Counted from the whole stretch's first letter, positions 38,763-52,727 are shown. The stretch: 63,944 bases of DNA, filler included, from Phoronis australis (GCA_002633005.1; 7 parts of 7 records of this genome joined end to end with filler, not necessarily neighbours in it); one strand, 5' to 3'. Notes: generated by a model from the sequence alone, not told the origin. Program-made: numbers and translations.

Positions 38763-39525
38763 CTATAAGAAAAGAACAACTCAGTTAACAAGAAACGAGT
38801 CTCAGTGTCCTATGATAATTGAGCAAGAACGGCAGACAATAGTAATCCTTGAATAATTTCCAATGTTCACATTATTTTGTGCATTAGTAAGATGTTAAGA
38901 TAACGATTCATTACCCACACTTTTAATAAAAAGCTTAATCAGCAGACATGAACAAATATCGTAGCCTTTTTGTCAGCATGTAACAAGAGCACTGCCATAG
39001 CCATGAAGGCCACTATTAAGTTAAAGGTCACAAGTGACTAGTACAAGTTTCAAAATGTTTCTTTGTACAAAGGTTCTCACCAGGACATTTGACATTTGTC
39101 AACTGTTTGAACGACAACTGATACTTCTGACAGAAATTATTGAAAAAAACATGGTAAAATGTCAATCATTTCGGACAAAAATAATTGCCAAAATAGCTCC
39201 CCTTACTTGCATTTTCAAGGGATTCTAGCACTGTTGTGAACGCCCACAATTTTTCAAAATATTGTCTATTAGTAGCTATTGTACAGAGCTTGGAAATGGC
39301 AGAGTATCATTTTGGTACAAAGCATCATTAACGAAGAAGCGAGAAAACAAAATTTTACTTGTCTACCATATTGTACCTTAAAATGGTCAGACTTCTCCGT
39401 AACGTCAGGTAACAAAACATGCCCATTAAACTTCGTATTTGGGTATGGTTATAACATGCGGTTTGTTTTGAATTTATACATTGACGGTTGCATTTACACA
39501 GCTGTAAAAAATTAAAATTTCTAAC

Positions 39526-39721
39526 CGTAACTCGAAACCACTGGTCGCGACGTTGGCGAGTGTCTCCCCTGTCACCACCCCTGCCACCGCGGTGGCTCAG
39601 GGGCAGCCCTAGCCTAGACATGGCGGACGATTGCTCATTGTCCATAGCCAGTCGACCTCCGCCTCCTCCTGGGGCAGGGCGATGACCTCGCCGGGACGGA
39701 GGACGGGCTCCGTATGGGTTA
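39526..39721 (-). CDS. NXF1: NXF1 coding exon: (Y)NPYGARPPSRRG...RRDQWFRVT
   Basis: 196-nt exon; RYNPY PY-NLS motif and WF(K/R)(I/V)T start of the RRM; phases fit both neighbours. Confidence 0.92.
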
Positions 39722-39951
39722 CTAGAAATGGATACAGGCAAATGCGTGTACGCAGCTTCAAACATTAGTCTTAGATACATAACTATGATTACATCAATCA
39801 AGCGACATCTGTCAGTTGTCAAAGAGTTTTGGGTAGTCAATGATAAAAGACAATAACAGAGAACACTGACAAATAAGTAACAACTGGTACTCTAATCAAA
39901 AAGAGACTAAAACCAAACTATCTTTTCTAACAGTATGTTGGTAATGGTCTA

Positions 39952-40032
39952 ATATGTGTCCAATTTTTGAGAACCAGTTTCCTCCACTGAATAAAAGGCA
40001 TCAAACTGGTTCTCAAAATACGGGCACATTAT
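39952..40032. mobile_element. Small palindromic MITE-like hairpin in an NXF1 intron
   Basis: atgtgtccaatttttgagaaccagttt ... aaactggttctcaaaatacgggcacat. Confidence 0.6.
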
Positions 40033-40486
40033 ATCAAACTATTGCCCAGTCTGTAAGTGACCAACAAGAAGCAATTTCTTCCATTCTATGTAAACAGCTT
40101 ATTGTATCTTATTGTATCTTTCCTGAAAACTAGAGTAACCCCTGGCCAGTCACAAATTAAAGAAATTAATAGAGATCAAAGCTTATCTTCAAGAAAAACA
40201 ATAGCAGCTCTGCGATAAAGTACGGCAGTCATACAAACAGCCTGCTGCCATCTCTTTCAGTGTTCAGAAGACAATTTAAACAGACCTCAACCACAACGAA
40301 TTTTCCGTTTCATTTCTTACTGCTATTAGACCAAAAGGTGGCGCTAAGTCCAACAGAAAGTGATGAATGGATGTAACATTCGAATAATACACTTATATCT
40401 AGAAACAAAACATCTTACACAGATCATCACAAGTCACAATTTTGATTTTTGAAGTAACTTATAAAGGCTGAATAAAAAAATCGTAC

Positions 40487-40571
40487 TATCTGCTAGCAGA
40501 GTGTGGGGAGACTTCATTGCCCATTGATACATCACCATCTTCATCGAGACGAGAACGGGGATTCACGCCAC
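40487..40571 (-). CDS. NXF1: NXF1 coding exon: GGVNPRSRLDEDGDVSMGNEVSPHSASRY
   Basis: 85-nt phase 1-2 exon; matches human SRLEEDDGDVAM. Confidence 0.9.
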
Positions 40572-41491
40572 CTGAAAGAAAATCGCTATAAAAATTTGTC
40601 ATGTTCAACTATACAAATTTCTGCAGACAATGTAATAGAGCAAATCCTCAGACCTATTCAAATTCACAAAAAACACAGTGCGCAATCCCAAAAGTAACCC
40701 GCGAATAAGCGAGCAAGTTGGAATGATCACAACATTGACTCTAAAAAGATAATGCTTTTTGCTATTGGGCAAAGATTTTGTCTTCAAACAAAGTACAGGG
40801 CTAAGCAATGTCACGTATTATTAACTTATCAAGCTTCATCATCCTATGCAGACCCGCAGCGCTGAATCATTCGTCTTGTTTTACCAATAGCAGCAGGTTT
40901 GGGAGATTCCACAGTATACGACCCTTCCGTTGCGGCATTATGCCACAAAATCCTGCATAATGCATTTCCACTTAACTCAACCAGGCTTTTTCGTATCTTT
41001 GTTATGTGAGGACAAAAAGTTTCCGAGTTGACTAGACCAGCAATTTGAAAGGAGACTCGATTTTGATGAACTTTCTTCAATTTAGAACACAACATGGCAG
41101 AACAGTGAAAAAACATTTGATCAAAATTTTCAACAAAAGTTAACAGGAAGAAAACTTTACGTCATTATTTGCCCGTCACTTGTCCAGTTTCTATTGTACA
41201 GAAGTCATCAATGAACACAAAAATTCAAACACTTTATAAATAAATTAGCTTTTGAAACTTGGAAAACTGACAATTTTGACAATTACTTTTATTTGAACTT
41301 GAGGACACTTTTATTGTACTCGATATTTTTTCTCATTATGGAGGTGACATATACTGTGGAACTGCTATTTCATAACAAAACACTGAAAGACAGTGGTATC
41401 CAACAGGCATTTCAGCAACAAGGATTACAAATGGACCAAGACAAAGAGGCGTATGTTTCAGGACACAAATAAGTAAGACTTAAAGTTATAC

Positions 41492-41602
41492 CTCGTCCTC
41501 GTGCTCCAAAGCCCCTACTGCTTCCCCGGCCACGGGTAAACTTCTTTCTGTTCCCTCGTCTGTTCGACGACTGGTTATAATAGCTGTTAGCATTGCCACC
41601 AC
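41492..41602 (-). CDS. NXF1: NXF1 N-terminal RG-rich exon: GGNANSYYNQSSNRRGNRKKFTRGRGSSRGFGARGR
   Basis: 111-nt phase 1-1 exon with cag/gt borders, in frame with the next exon. Confidence 0.85.
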
Positions 41603-41720
41603 CTGCAGCAGAAAGGTTTTATGAATGTTTATTGAATTATTTATTGTCAGTTTTCAGAGTAAACATCAAACATTAGCCCATGGCTATTATCAGTGACAAT
41701 TAACATATAGGACATATACA

Positions 41721-41825
41721 GTTAAAACCGAGCTGAGGAACAAGGGTCTAGCAGTCTGGTGGGATCTGAACCCACGATGTTTTGATTGGAAAGCGAATGC
41801 TCACCGCTAGACTACACTGCCCCCC
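41721..41825 (-). mobile_element. tRNA-derived SINE, short copy
   Basis: A box TAGTCTAGCGG, B box GGTTCAGATCC; shares the tail cctcagctcggttttaac with 42203-42328. Confidence 0.7.
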
Positions 41826-42202
41826 TTTGATACTTACGCAGCAGATCTAGGAAATCGGGTAACAACTTAAAGTGCACAGGCAGCAGTTAAAATGTCTAAC
41901 CAGTGTTCTCCACAACAGGAAATTCAAACCTGACTTAAATTTCAAAACTCGTGTACATGCGTTCAAAAGTCAATATCTGTACTGTGGGGAGTTCGTATGT
42001 TAAGTCTTGAAATAAATAAATGTACTGAACTGGTACAAAAAGTCGAAAGTCATAAAATTTGCTTAAGAAATGAATTATCTCCCCATAAATAATAAATAAT
42101 TGCAGGCGATCTGATACACGTTGTACTAGACGTGCGCAGGCCTCGGATGTGGGCCCATTGCACTGATCACCTGGAAATATTTTTATGCTTTATTAATATA
42201 TG

Positions 42203-42328
42203 GTTAAAACCGAGCTGAGGAGCTAGAAACCTGGCTCAAGGGTTTAGCAGTGCGACCTGGTGGGACTAGAACCCACGACCTCAAGTGAAGAAAGCGGGCA
42301 CTTATCAACCAGACCACACTGCCTCCTC
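42203..42328 (-). mobile_element. tRNA-derived SINE, short copy
   Basis: B box GGTTCTAGTCC followed by cactgctaaacccttgagc; homologous to 41721-41825. Confidence 0.7.
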
Positions 42329-44885
42329 ATATGTCCCCATTCTTCAAACTCATTCCACAGGTTTGTAAACTCGACGCAAGTGAGCCAAACTCGTGATGAC
42401 AAAATTCAAACTCAATGCAGTGACGAGTGAAAACAGGTTGTGGAGAACACTGTTCCCGGACACGTGAAGTTTATTTTTGAAAGCATATTGTTTCATTTTC
42501 AATTAAGGCCATTTTTACACTGCGCACGGTCCTGGCATGTGCAGTGTAAAAATAGGAGCGCACACAGTGTAAAAATGGTCAGTTGTCGATTTGGGCAACT
42601 GAATGAAAGACTGGGCACAAAAAAGTAAAGTTTGTTTACGGGAGTATTTGTTAGAGTTGGAACGACTTAAAGACATTGACGGCCTCCTAAGGTGTTCCAA
42701 AAGGTACCTATAGCAACATGTACTTTGATTGCTTAATCAGTGTTAGGCATAATTCGCTGAAACACTTTCAACGTATGAAGCCCCTATAGGAGCATTGACA
42801 CGACCAAAATCAACATTTTTACATGTTTATATTCAGCTTCTTAGTGTTTTTGGAAACTGATGTTAAAAACGTTGATTTCTTCCACGTTATTATCAGCTGA
42901 TTATGTCCTGTCCAAGAATCATTTTGCATTTTCTACTGATTCCTCCTTTTATCACTCAAGTGCGACCCTAATCTTCCATTAGCAGGGGACAGAACATGAT
43001 AGGCTGAAACTGGGTTTAATATCCTTTTAATCATATTCCAAATACATTTTGGCACAAGAAAAATTTTTATCAGGCGAGTAAAATTGATAACCCTTGCTGG
43101 TGCGCACGGTACCTGAATCACCAGTGAAATTTGTGCAAGTCTCAACAAATCGTGAAGGCAGAAGATAACTTGAAGCGAGTTAACACTATGTTTTGTAATG
43201 TATATTCAACACGATTCAAACTTACCCAGAAAATTGTTTCGATATTTTCTTAATTTGTCACAATGAAATAACCACAATGGATTAAGACATTCAAGAGAAC
43301 TAATTTGTTATCAGTGCTGTTCAATATTGTCAACATGGCAATGGTTATAAGGAAAAGACCCCCTTGTACCACAGAACCCCTTTGCTGGCGCAATAATGGA
43401 GGGTTTCAGCTAAACAATCTTTTAAATCTCTCACAACAGTCTAGACAGTTACACTTCCTTTAATTTAAACATTCAGTCCTTCTTTCACCTTAGTGAATAG
43501 ACAAGAAGAGCAATGCTTAACTGTTCTAAGATGACACCGACAGTGACAGTGTTGTTGGCCACAGTGTCAGTGAATAATCCTGTCCTAACGTGGTCTGCTT
43601 TAGACTGTTTCTAAAAGGAGTGCACAGCAAATTCATCAGTGAAAACACACTTTCCGGTATGTTTTGTGCTCCGCTAAACATCTTTTCATAATTCTTCTCT
43701 AGTAGAACTTGTTTATGTTCCATTTTGAGCCAAAGATGAACGGAATCTTTGTTTTTAATATTAGGTTTGTGTTTTTAATACGTGAGAGTGGAATAATGTA
43801 TGACTGGTTCTAGCACTCCTGTATGTGACGCTTTCTTTATAGGAAAACCAGTTTGTGACGTTTCCAGTGTCTGGCAGCCTCGTGATTAAAGTCAGTGGGT
43901 TAAAACACAATTTTTTTAAGGTTGTCTGAGGTTAAAACAACGATCGGAGTTGTAATCGTTTAGAGGGGAATTTTTTTACCCGGATGAGGGGAATTTTCCT
44001 TGTTTTTTTAATATTTTTGTGAGGGGAATTTCTAGGGATCAAGGGCTCTGGTTGCTATCATATAATATACTCCTGTTGCAATCATCCAAATCATTCATCC
44101 TTGATCTTTCTGTGGTGTCTTGTCATTTGTCAGTTTTATGGTTCCCCGAATGTTTGATTTATGTATACTGCTGGCGGTAGGCTGCTGGCAGTCTTTCAGT
44201 GGACAACCAGGACAAGCACCTCGACTGGGTTTTAATCAAGCTTAGGTAGCTGTGTTTTAACAGGTGAGTACTTTTGGAAGCCTACCTAGTGAACGTGTAG
44301 GAATACAACTTTCCAATACGGGCCACGTGTATCCAAATTCCCATACGGGAATGGCCCAAATCGGAATATTCCAATTTGGGCCGGCTTCCGATACAGGCCT
44401 GGACAGCATCACCGTCTCTACTGGGGCCAAGTCGAGAGGGTAGCACTGTCTAATAGCAACATGAGTTTAGAGGTTTAATCACTATAAGGCATAATTCGAT
44501 GAAAAGCTCCCGGGTATGGAGGACCTATGAAAATGTTAGCGTCTCTACTGCCACTTGAGATGGTGGTATTGGGAGAGTCCACAGCCATCTACACCACAGG
44601 CAGTGAGCATTGGTGCAAAGCTGAAAATATTAAATATACAGGCACATAAAATCTGACACAAAATTAGAGTCATTAAAAACTTTTGAGTAAACTTAATAAT
44701 TTACAGGTGTTGGAAAATTGACGTTCTGTAGTTATTTTGCTGCTTAAGTTGTGGAGCGATCTTTTATGTTGGCTTTCGGCGCCATGACATATTGCGTCAC
44801 CTATTGGCCAATTTCTTTTTTTCCGATTCTTCAATTAACTGTTCTTCTTCCACAAGGTTGCGTACATCTCATAACAAATTATTGG

Positions 44886-44960
44886 AACTGGTTCCATTTC
44901 GTTACAAGTTTTCAATATTTTAATACCAGCAAACTGAATTTCAGAACAAATTTTGGTGCG
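44886..44960. repeat. Repeat of about 75 bp, present inverted at 47655-47727
   Basis: aactggttccatttcgttacaagtttt..taataccagcaaac..aatttcagaacaaatttt and its reverse complement. Confidence 0.75.
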
Positions 44961-46558
44961 AAGTTGCAATTATCTCGCGAACCCGAAACATGTCGCGAAA
45001 ATTAGGAAATGGTGCATGCGCATGACACGAGCGAACTGTATTCAAAACAACAACATACTTTTCATTGTTGCAAAAGGCTGACATCCAGCCAGCTGTATGA
45101 AGACTGTCGTCAAAATACAGGTAGGACTAGACAAGGTCAGGGCTCGACATAACGAGCTGTAGGTCGCATTTGCGACCTGAAATCTGGAAATGCGAGCTGA
45201 GATTTTTCTCAGATCGTATCAAGTCGCAAAATGCGACCTGGAATTTCCAACGAATGCGACCTAAATTATTACAGTTCTCAACAGATACCTGGCAAATACA
45301 AAGCAGCTCTTGTTAATCCGACCGTTATTTGGTTGTTGCCAAATCCAAGTTCAAAAGAACACTATCCGAGAACAGCCCCCCGATGACTTGTAAGCAAGTC
45401 GCGTGAACATGGGATATGCAGAATCGATCTTTGACGCGTTTCATTGGCTAACACTTTCGGCCACTTTTGTAAATTTATGGATTCGCCGAAGAAAGTTTCG
45501 GGCCATTGCTTAACACGTGATAAAACTTCACAAAACGACGGTGTTTCTACTAATTCTTAAGCGATCAACTTACTAAACTTTGTAGTGGACAAACATGTTT
45601 ATTTTTCACATATTTTCACATTTAATCATTATTACATGTACCAAATATCCACGACAATTTCCCTGATATCGCAATTTGGCACCGTTAGTGCGCAAGCGGT
45701 CCCTTTCAGACAATCGTGACTTAGACTGAGATGTGCTTCTCCTTTTTATCGTATCAAGACAGCCAAAGTGAAAATGACAACCTTATTAATCGCCAAACGA
45801 CGGTCACGTCTTTGCTTTTGTTGAGTAGTTAGTTATGTAACTGTTAGGTGGCGCTAGTGGAGGGAGTTGGAATAAAGATGGCTTCCGTCTAAGACTGTGT
45901 TTATTTTATCACATACAAAATCCGTCAACATCAACTCTTTCAGTTGCCAAGAAATTCTCAAACCCTTTACTTGTTTCTGGGGCTACGTGCACGAAATATG
46001 ATTTGTCTTTCACACGTTGTTGCCAACGTAAAGTGTAGGCCTACTCCAGCGATTCAAGTGCGTGAACTCACGTGTGCATACCACTTCAAAGAACAGCGAC
46101 AGTCCTAAATGAAAGAGTATACCGGCTTGGCTCTGGTTTATTTGAAAATGAACTCAGATTCCCAGCGTTATAAAAGGCCCGATGTCCCGGGACCGATATA
46201 ACCCAGAACTGACGTTTTCCTGTTCCGATGTTTCCCCGAGGTCGACGTTCTGTAAACCCTGTATTCTATGCCGTAGCCAGCTATTGCAACTAAACTGGCA
46301 CTAGATGCGAAATTGTGGTTTAAGTTAGCGAACTTTTTATTCTTCTTTTCATACACCTCCCGGCAACTTTTCGCTCCCCGAACCACCGTAGACGTAAAAT
46401 GTTCAGACTCCTATAGAAACAACCTTGTTCCGGCTGAAGCGGGCAGTTAAAAACAAAAGCATTCCGGGTGGCTAAAAAGGGTACAATGTAGGTGGTAACA
46501 ATATCCAGAAAGTCACCCTTACTAGATGGAGTTTGCCTCGCAAAATCGTATTATTATA

Positions 46559-46661
46559 CCGTAATCGTTCGGGTTAACGCCCATGCTCAGTTAACCGCCC
46601 TCCCCCGATTTTTTGGATTCGCCAATTTAACCGCCCAGGGCGTTAACCCGAACGATTACGG
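46559..46661. mobile_element. pogo/Tc1-mariner-type MITE, 103 bp
   Basis: TA|ccgtaatcgttcgggttaacgccc ... gggcgttaacccgaacgattacgg|TA: perfect 24-bp TIR. Confidence 0.9.
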
Positions 46662-47085
46662 TAACATTTCTTACCATTGCAGCGTTGTAATACCTTATTA
46701 CCGCAAACACTGAGGTTAACGACTATGCTCACACACAAGCCCACTCCCTACCTTTAAAGTGTTTCATAATAAGCGCTCACTGATCTATTAACAGTCCCCT
46801 CTTAAATGTTGAGAATTTCCAACTAAGCGCCCACAGTTCAAGCTAGCGCCCATCATAGCACACCACAAACAACCGCGTGTTTTAAAATTGACACGCAGCT
46901 TATGTGGTGTGTCACTTTCATTTTACACAACTTCAGTTTTCAAAAACTTCTTTTCACAATATGTAAAAACCAAATCCCGGCTTTGTTTTATATCTCGTAA
47001 AGAAAGTTAACAGTATTGACATGCCTGTCGTTTTGTGACTGACCTATTTTTCCCGTACTTGGAAGGTATTGAGAAGCAAACTCAC

Positions 47086-47125
47086 CCTTACAGTAAAGTC
47101 GCGTGATTTTCGGACGGCCCGCCAT
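47086..47125 (-). CDS. Candidate first coding exon of NXF1 (MAGRPKITRLYCK)
   Basis: aaaATGGCG start context in CpG-rich sequence and a phase-1 donor G|gtgagt compatible with the phase-1 exon at 41602. I recognise no homology support. Confidence 0.35.
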
Positions 47126-50100
47126 TTTCGACCAAGAATAAATATTTCCGAAATGAGTTTTTCATAGTNNNNNNNNNNNNNNNNNNNNNNNNNNNNNNNN
47201 NNNNNNNNNNNNTTAATTAATTAANNNNNNNNNNNNNNNNNNNNNNNNNNNNNNNNNNNNNNNNNNNNCTCAACACGTTGATATCTCGGTGAATATTAGT
47301 TAACTTCGGATTATTCAATAGTTTCTGCAAAAATATTTTCAAAAATGAAAAACACAGAAATATTATTTTGACTTTCGTTTGTCATTTTTTGTTAATTCAT
47401 TTAAATATCTTTACAGTTGGCCGCATTTTAGCGTTCGTCCATTTACATGTTGAGAGTACATTATTTCCAGCACAATCAGTTTCCGGATTTTGAAATGGAA
47501 CGCGACAATTATTCACCCAAAAACCTGCACCGTCACTAATTTCACCATTCTTACCCTCAAACCAGTGTACTTCAACTTTTCGTCGATCACTAAAACGGAA
47601 TTTGGAATCGGAATTTTTTAATTTAAAGCGTTCACACTCTTGGCTGATCACTGCTGCAAAATTTGTTCTGAAATTCGGGTTTGCTGGTATTAAAATACTA
47701 AAAACTTGTAACGAAATGAAACCAGTTTGTTGACTGAGGAATAGTGCTTAGAGTTTTGCTTTACGCGATACCGAATAATTTCGCTGATGTCATGGCATTA
47801 TAGCCGGGAGCCTCAGAAACACATTACTTCAACAAAAGGATGGTGCTTGAATTTTGCAACTCGTGCTTCTTGGTTCAATTATTCATTCAGTATTTCCCTC
47901 GAGTGGTTTTAGCAACTCATTACTTTATTTATTTTGAGAATGTTTATAGTGATCAAGGTTCTGGCAAAAAGGGCGCATCGACTTGCTGTATGTCCAAAAA
48001 TACATGCGTTCTTATATTCTGCGGTATTGCATTTGAAATTTACCGAGGCATTTAAACGCAGTTTGTGGTCTTGTATACGGAATTTTATGATATTTGTCAT
48101 GATACTAAATCAATAGTTGTAGCTTTTTTGCCACAGAGTCACGCACGAGTTAACCAAGTGCAAGCGGTCAATAAGCTGTTGACGTGCTGACGGATTGACA
48201 AATTTCATTACCTCACAAAACAGTGGTAATGCACCCAAAATCTGTCAGTGATCATATTGTTTGAAATGGCAGAACACAATTCAGTTATTGCTTTGTACTC
48301 AAACGGTGGTTTGCGCGAAGAAGCCAGTGCTTGTTGCAGAGTCACTTCAAACGTGCTTATGGATTTTGTGACAAAAAATGAGTTTAACAACGTCCTATTT
48401 GGTTACGCATTAGACTAGTACCATAGCGACTACGCGCTGCAGGCTAAAAAGGGCTATATTACGTTGTATGCTATAAGCATTCATCGAATAATACCAGCGT
48501 TTTCGACGACTGACGATTAGAAATGTTTGTGATTGAAAAATCGGAAGAAAAGGCAAACTAGACACTTAACTAATGAGCGGGCATTTTGTCACTGACTAGA
48601 TTTTTGTTCTTATGGAAGATGACCGCAAAATTCGCAACGAGCCTAGGCCGAGATTGCTCATTCTAGCCGGTGGCAAGGTTCACTTGCCCGTTATTCTACG
48701 TCTTACCGTTAAGCGTGCTTTCGCCCGTTACCATGATGGAAGGCGGAACCTTTTTGTCGGCAAAACCACAAGCCACCTTGTTTCACGGCTGCTTTTTAAT
48801 AGCATGTATCAGTGTTGTGACACAATCACGTGATCGAGACAGGGACCCTGAAGGGGCACACTTACACTAACCTCGTATTCATCATATGCATCCCTGAACT
48901 GACTGCTGGAAAGTGAAGGCATGATTGGCTTAACACTCAGCAACTACTAAGATAGTAGAAAACCACATGCACATCACTTTGCTAACCATCCTTCCTTTTG
49001 AATTTGTGTCCAGTGTCCCTCCACACGACAGGAATGTCCCGCTTGTACGGAGATGTTTACACTCACGCTAATATATTATACGCGTTTGCATGTTTTCATG
49101 CGTGTAGTCACTACTTACCCATGGTTCTTAGTTCCATTCCACAGCCGACTACGTAAAAAAGTGGTCAGCATGATTTCCCTGTGCGATACCTTTAGTCCAC
49201 TTGGAGCCCGCTTCTCCATTTTGCAATGTGAGCATTTGTGAACATTCTGAAAGGATGTTTTTTTACAAACGCTCACAGTGATAACTGACGTGGATTCTCT
49301 TTAACATTTACTGATATAGGAAAAGCAATGAGAGTGAACGAACACGCTAAATACATCAGTTTAAGACCTAGAAGATCTAGAAGAGATCGCACCATACATC
49401 TATAGGGAGAACACGCGAAGCTAAGTGATGAACGTGTTAAACATGCTGCTCATTAAAACCGTGATTATCTAAATTTTAGCAAGCGCCACCTGGCGACTTC
49501 CTGGGATCTGAGTGTACAATTAGTATCAGAAAAGAAACAATTTGTAAATAAATTGCGGATTTAAAGAAACCACCATAACTGATACACTAAAAAACAATTG
49601 CGAACATATAAAAATTCCAAGTAATTCCAAATATTACGCAATTGTTATTTGGTAGTGAAATAAACAAATGATAAAAACTGTACATTGTTTCATTAGGGTA
49701 ACGGCAATGTTGTATGGGCTTCCTAGTGAATGCCGTGACGTCCTAAGAATTGTGGGCGAGAAGTGCCTGCAAATATAACGCCAGCTCACTGTCTGTTTGT
49801 AGCTGCAGTCGGAATCTGAGTTGCCACCATTAACGAAAGACGTGAGGTTCTAAATAAACTACGTTACATGCCTTCTTTGTTTTCTTGGCCGCCATGATGA
49901 AGTACCGGTACTACCGTGCTCGTTTACATGGAAATAATGGTAAGGGGGCACAGAACAGTTCCCACTGGGGTTTGCCAATCTGAACAAACGTCAATGGACT
50001 CGTCAACCTTTCGTCACTTGGTCAAAAACTGTATGCAAAGAACGAAAAGTTTTGAGTCATTTCACATCACAAGCCTACAGATGAGCAGAGGAACTTTACA

Positions 50101-52568
50101 CTGTCTTGAAATTTTGACCCTTTCACTCCTACTGAAAAGCAAGGTCGATTAAGAAAAAAGAATAAAAAAAAACAAAAAAAAATGGCTACTTTTCACCCCA
50201 AAATCACCACTTCCATGCCAATGCACGACTAAGCTAACATTGAAGACTGAAAGCAAATTTCCTACTGATTCCAAAAATGTGATTCAAAAGTCTTGTAAAT
50301 CAACTATTTTTTGCAAATCTGGCTTGTTTGAGGGCTACCTGAAATTCCAGCCAGTTTCTCAGTCGCTACCCAGCAATTGCACAATTGAACAGGAGGCCGC
50401 CATCTTGAAGAAGAATGCTACACCCGGGCAAGTGGTCTTTATTATTCTCAACATGTTCACAAATACAAACAAACTACATGTCACCACTACCTAAAAATGC
50501 TTCCAAGACTGGCCTACCCCTAAAATTTAATATTTCGGAAGTGCAAATTGGCCGCGACCGCAGTCTAACTGTTCAAAGCCACCTAACTGGTTCTCGGGAT
50601 GGTTTCTGGCAAACTGGAGGAGCCGGGGTCGTTTGCATACTGAAAATTTAGTGAGGTTATCCATCTTTAAGTTGTGATCTTGCGAACATAATGATAAAGA
50701 AAACGGACCTTGGTTATTTTCCATTTTTGTTCCATTCTGAGTTGGACTTATGATCTACGGTACTCAGGCAATTGAAGGCCAGGAAGAGAGATCAAAGTTC
50801 TAAAATTAATGTGTTATTTTTAATACTTCGATCATGATCTCTCGTAATAGTGAGGTACCAATTCATCGCAAACCCAAAATCAATTCTCATCTGAGATAGG
50901 AAAAAGTTTAGACCAATTTTTAAAACACAACCTTTGAGAGAACTCTGTTGGAGTATGCCGCAATTTTTTCGAGTTTTAACGTTGTTTATTTTCAAAACTA
51001 CTGTATTTATCTTCGTATTCCAATTGCTTTTACCACTTTTGGTTTTATATATGCCGATAAGCCGCTAAAAATTTTAGAATGCTTGAATTTCAGCGAAACT
51101 GGAAGGAGAAGTTTGAATTGATTGGAGGGATGAGTGATTAAAGCGGCTACGAAACATGCAAGAAGTGTGTTGTAATTTAAATCGCAAACAGCAATAAAAT
51201 TGATTTCCATTTGGACCTTATACAAATAACAATTGGTTTCTGGTTTTAAAAAGAGCAGACACTTCGTCGCTCCTTGGGACAATACTGGGCACGCAAAATG
51301 CCACGCCGTGACAAACCAACTCAGATGCAGGGCCTATTCTTAAGTATTAACGAACAGTTATTTCGACGCCCTGAAGTGGCATCTACTTAACTAATGGACA
51401 ATTGAGACTGTAAGCGGTCTAAAGCGAAGGCAGTTTTTTATGGCAAGCAGGTTTATAGACTCTTTAAACATGGGATGGATTGTGATGTTATACCAAAGAA
51501 TCATTAGAAAGCTATGTCAATCGGCTGTCACCGAGGAGCAATCGTGATATTCTTTTAAACCAATTGAACGGCGTATCTGTCGCAATGAATCAAATGCAAT
51601 CATTGTATTTTTGTTACAGANNNNNNNNNNNNNNNNNNNNNNNNNNNNNNNNNNNNNNNNNNNNTTAATTAATTAANNNNNNNNNNNNNNNNNNNNNNNN
51701 NNNNNNNNNNNNNNNNNNNNTCGAATAAAAGTGTTTGCGTAAAGATCCGTTTCATGAAGTTTTTAACAAAAATGAAGCGGAAATAGTGCCTTTAAAAATA
51801 CAAATCCCAATTTGGAATAATTTAAAAGGGAAGCTTTTGAAAATTTCACGTATTTTACAATTGTTTTTCAGTTTGAAAAAAGAAATTTTAACAACGAAAA
51901 ATTAGCACAAGTGATATTATCCTACAATTAGGGTATGTTTTAAACGGCTATTTCATTTTTTCAGTTGTCCCATTGGTTCATCTATAAAATTGCTGCTGTT
52001 CACGATTACCACAGAAAGTTTGGTGATAAGCTTAGTGTCGGTTTGGGTCATATCCTTCAAAATGTTTATTCACTGATGTAGCTGGTCTTGAAAAGTAGTT
52101 CCATCCATTCATTTGTGGTTTTGGAGTATGGTGTTTATTGTAGTTAGATATTGTTTATGATAAAACCCTGAAAATTGTGAGACCAGGCGAAAAGTCGTCA
52201 TGTATAGTAATATTGGCACCTTATGATACTATTTTGAGATAACTTAGAGTTGCAAATGAACCCCATGAATGCATGTGTGTATACTTGTGGGTGTGATGGT
52301 TTGCTTTACTACGGTTGTCAATCACGTTTCGTTATCTGTGTTTTGTTTAACAAAGATTAATAACATAAACGTATTTCGCGTTGCGTAATTGTTCTAGAAA
52401 TGTCCTTCAAAATAAGCATGTTATATGTGAAACGTAAAATCTACTTTTAGATTTGTTGCAAGATGACAAGGTATCTCAGTAATACTCGAGCGACGCATGC
52501 TATATTGTCCCCGTCAATTGACATGGGGCAGTAGCTGTCTGTTTTGCACCTGCATTACGCTATCAATG

Positions 52569-52727
52569 CAGGGGCGGATCCAGGATTTTGAGTTAGGGAG
52601 GCCAGGGCAGAGTGTTAGCCAGGATTTTGACCATCAAACATTCGCAACCCGAACAGCCAAATGGAATATTGGAGAATTTTGGGGGGTAGGGGCATGGCCC
52701 CCTTGGATCCCCCTAAATCCGCCACTG
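52569..52727. mobile_element. MITE with a 5-bp TSD, same family as 5841-6153, opposite orientation
   Basis: CAATG|caggggcggatccagg ... cctaaatccgccactg|CAATG. Confidence 0.88.

Noticed and set aside
47086-47125. Ribosomal protein L35A first exon (RLYCKG resembles its N-terminus)
   Set aside because: No following GYKRG..NQ exon found; the similarity is too short.
48871-48922. Minus-strand mini-exon MPSLSSSQFRDAYDEYE as the NXF1 start
   Set aside because: Its phase-0 donor does not fit the phase-1 NXF1 exon, and it lies across a contig spacer.
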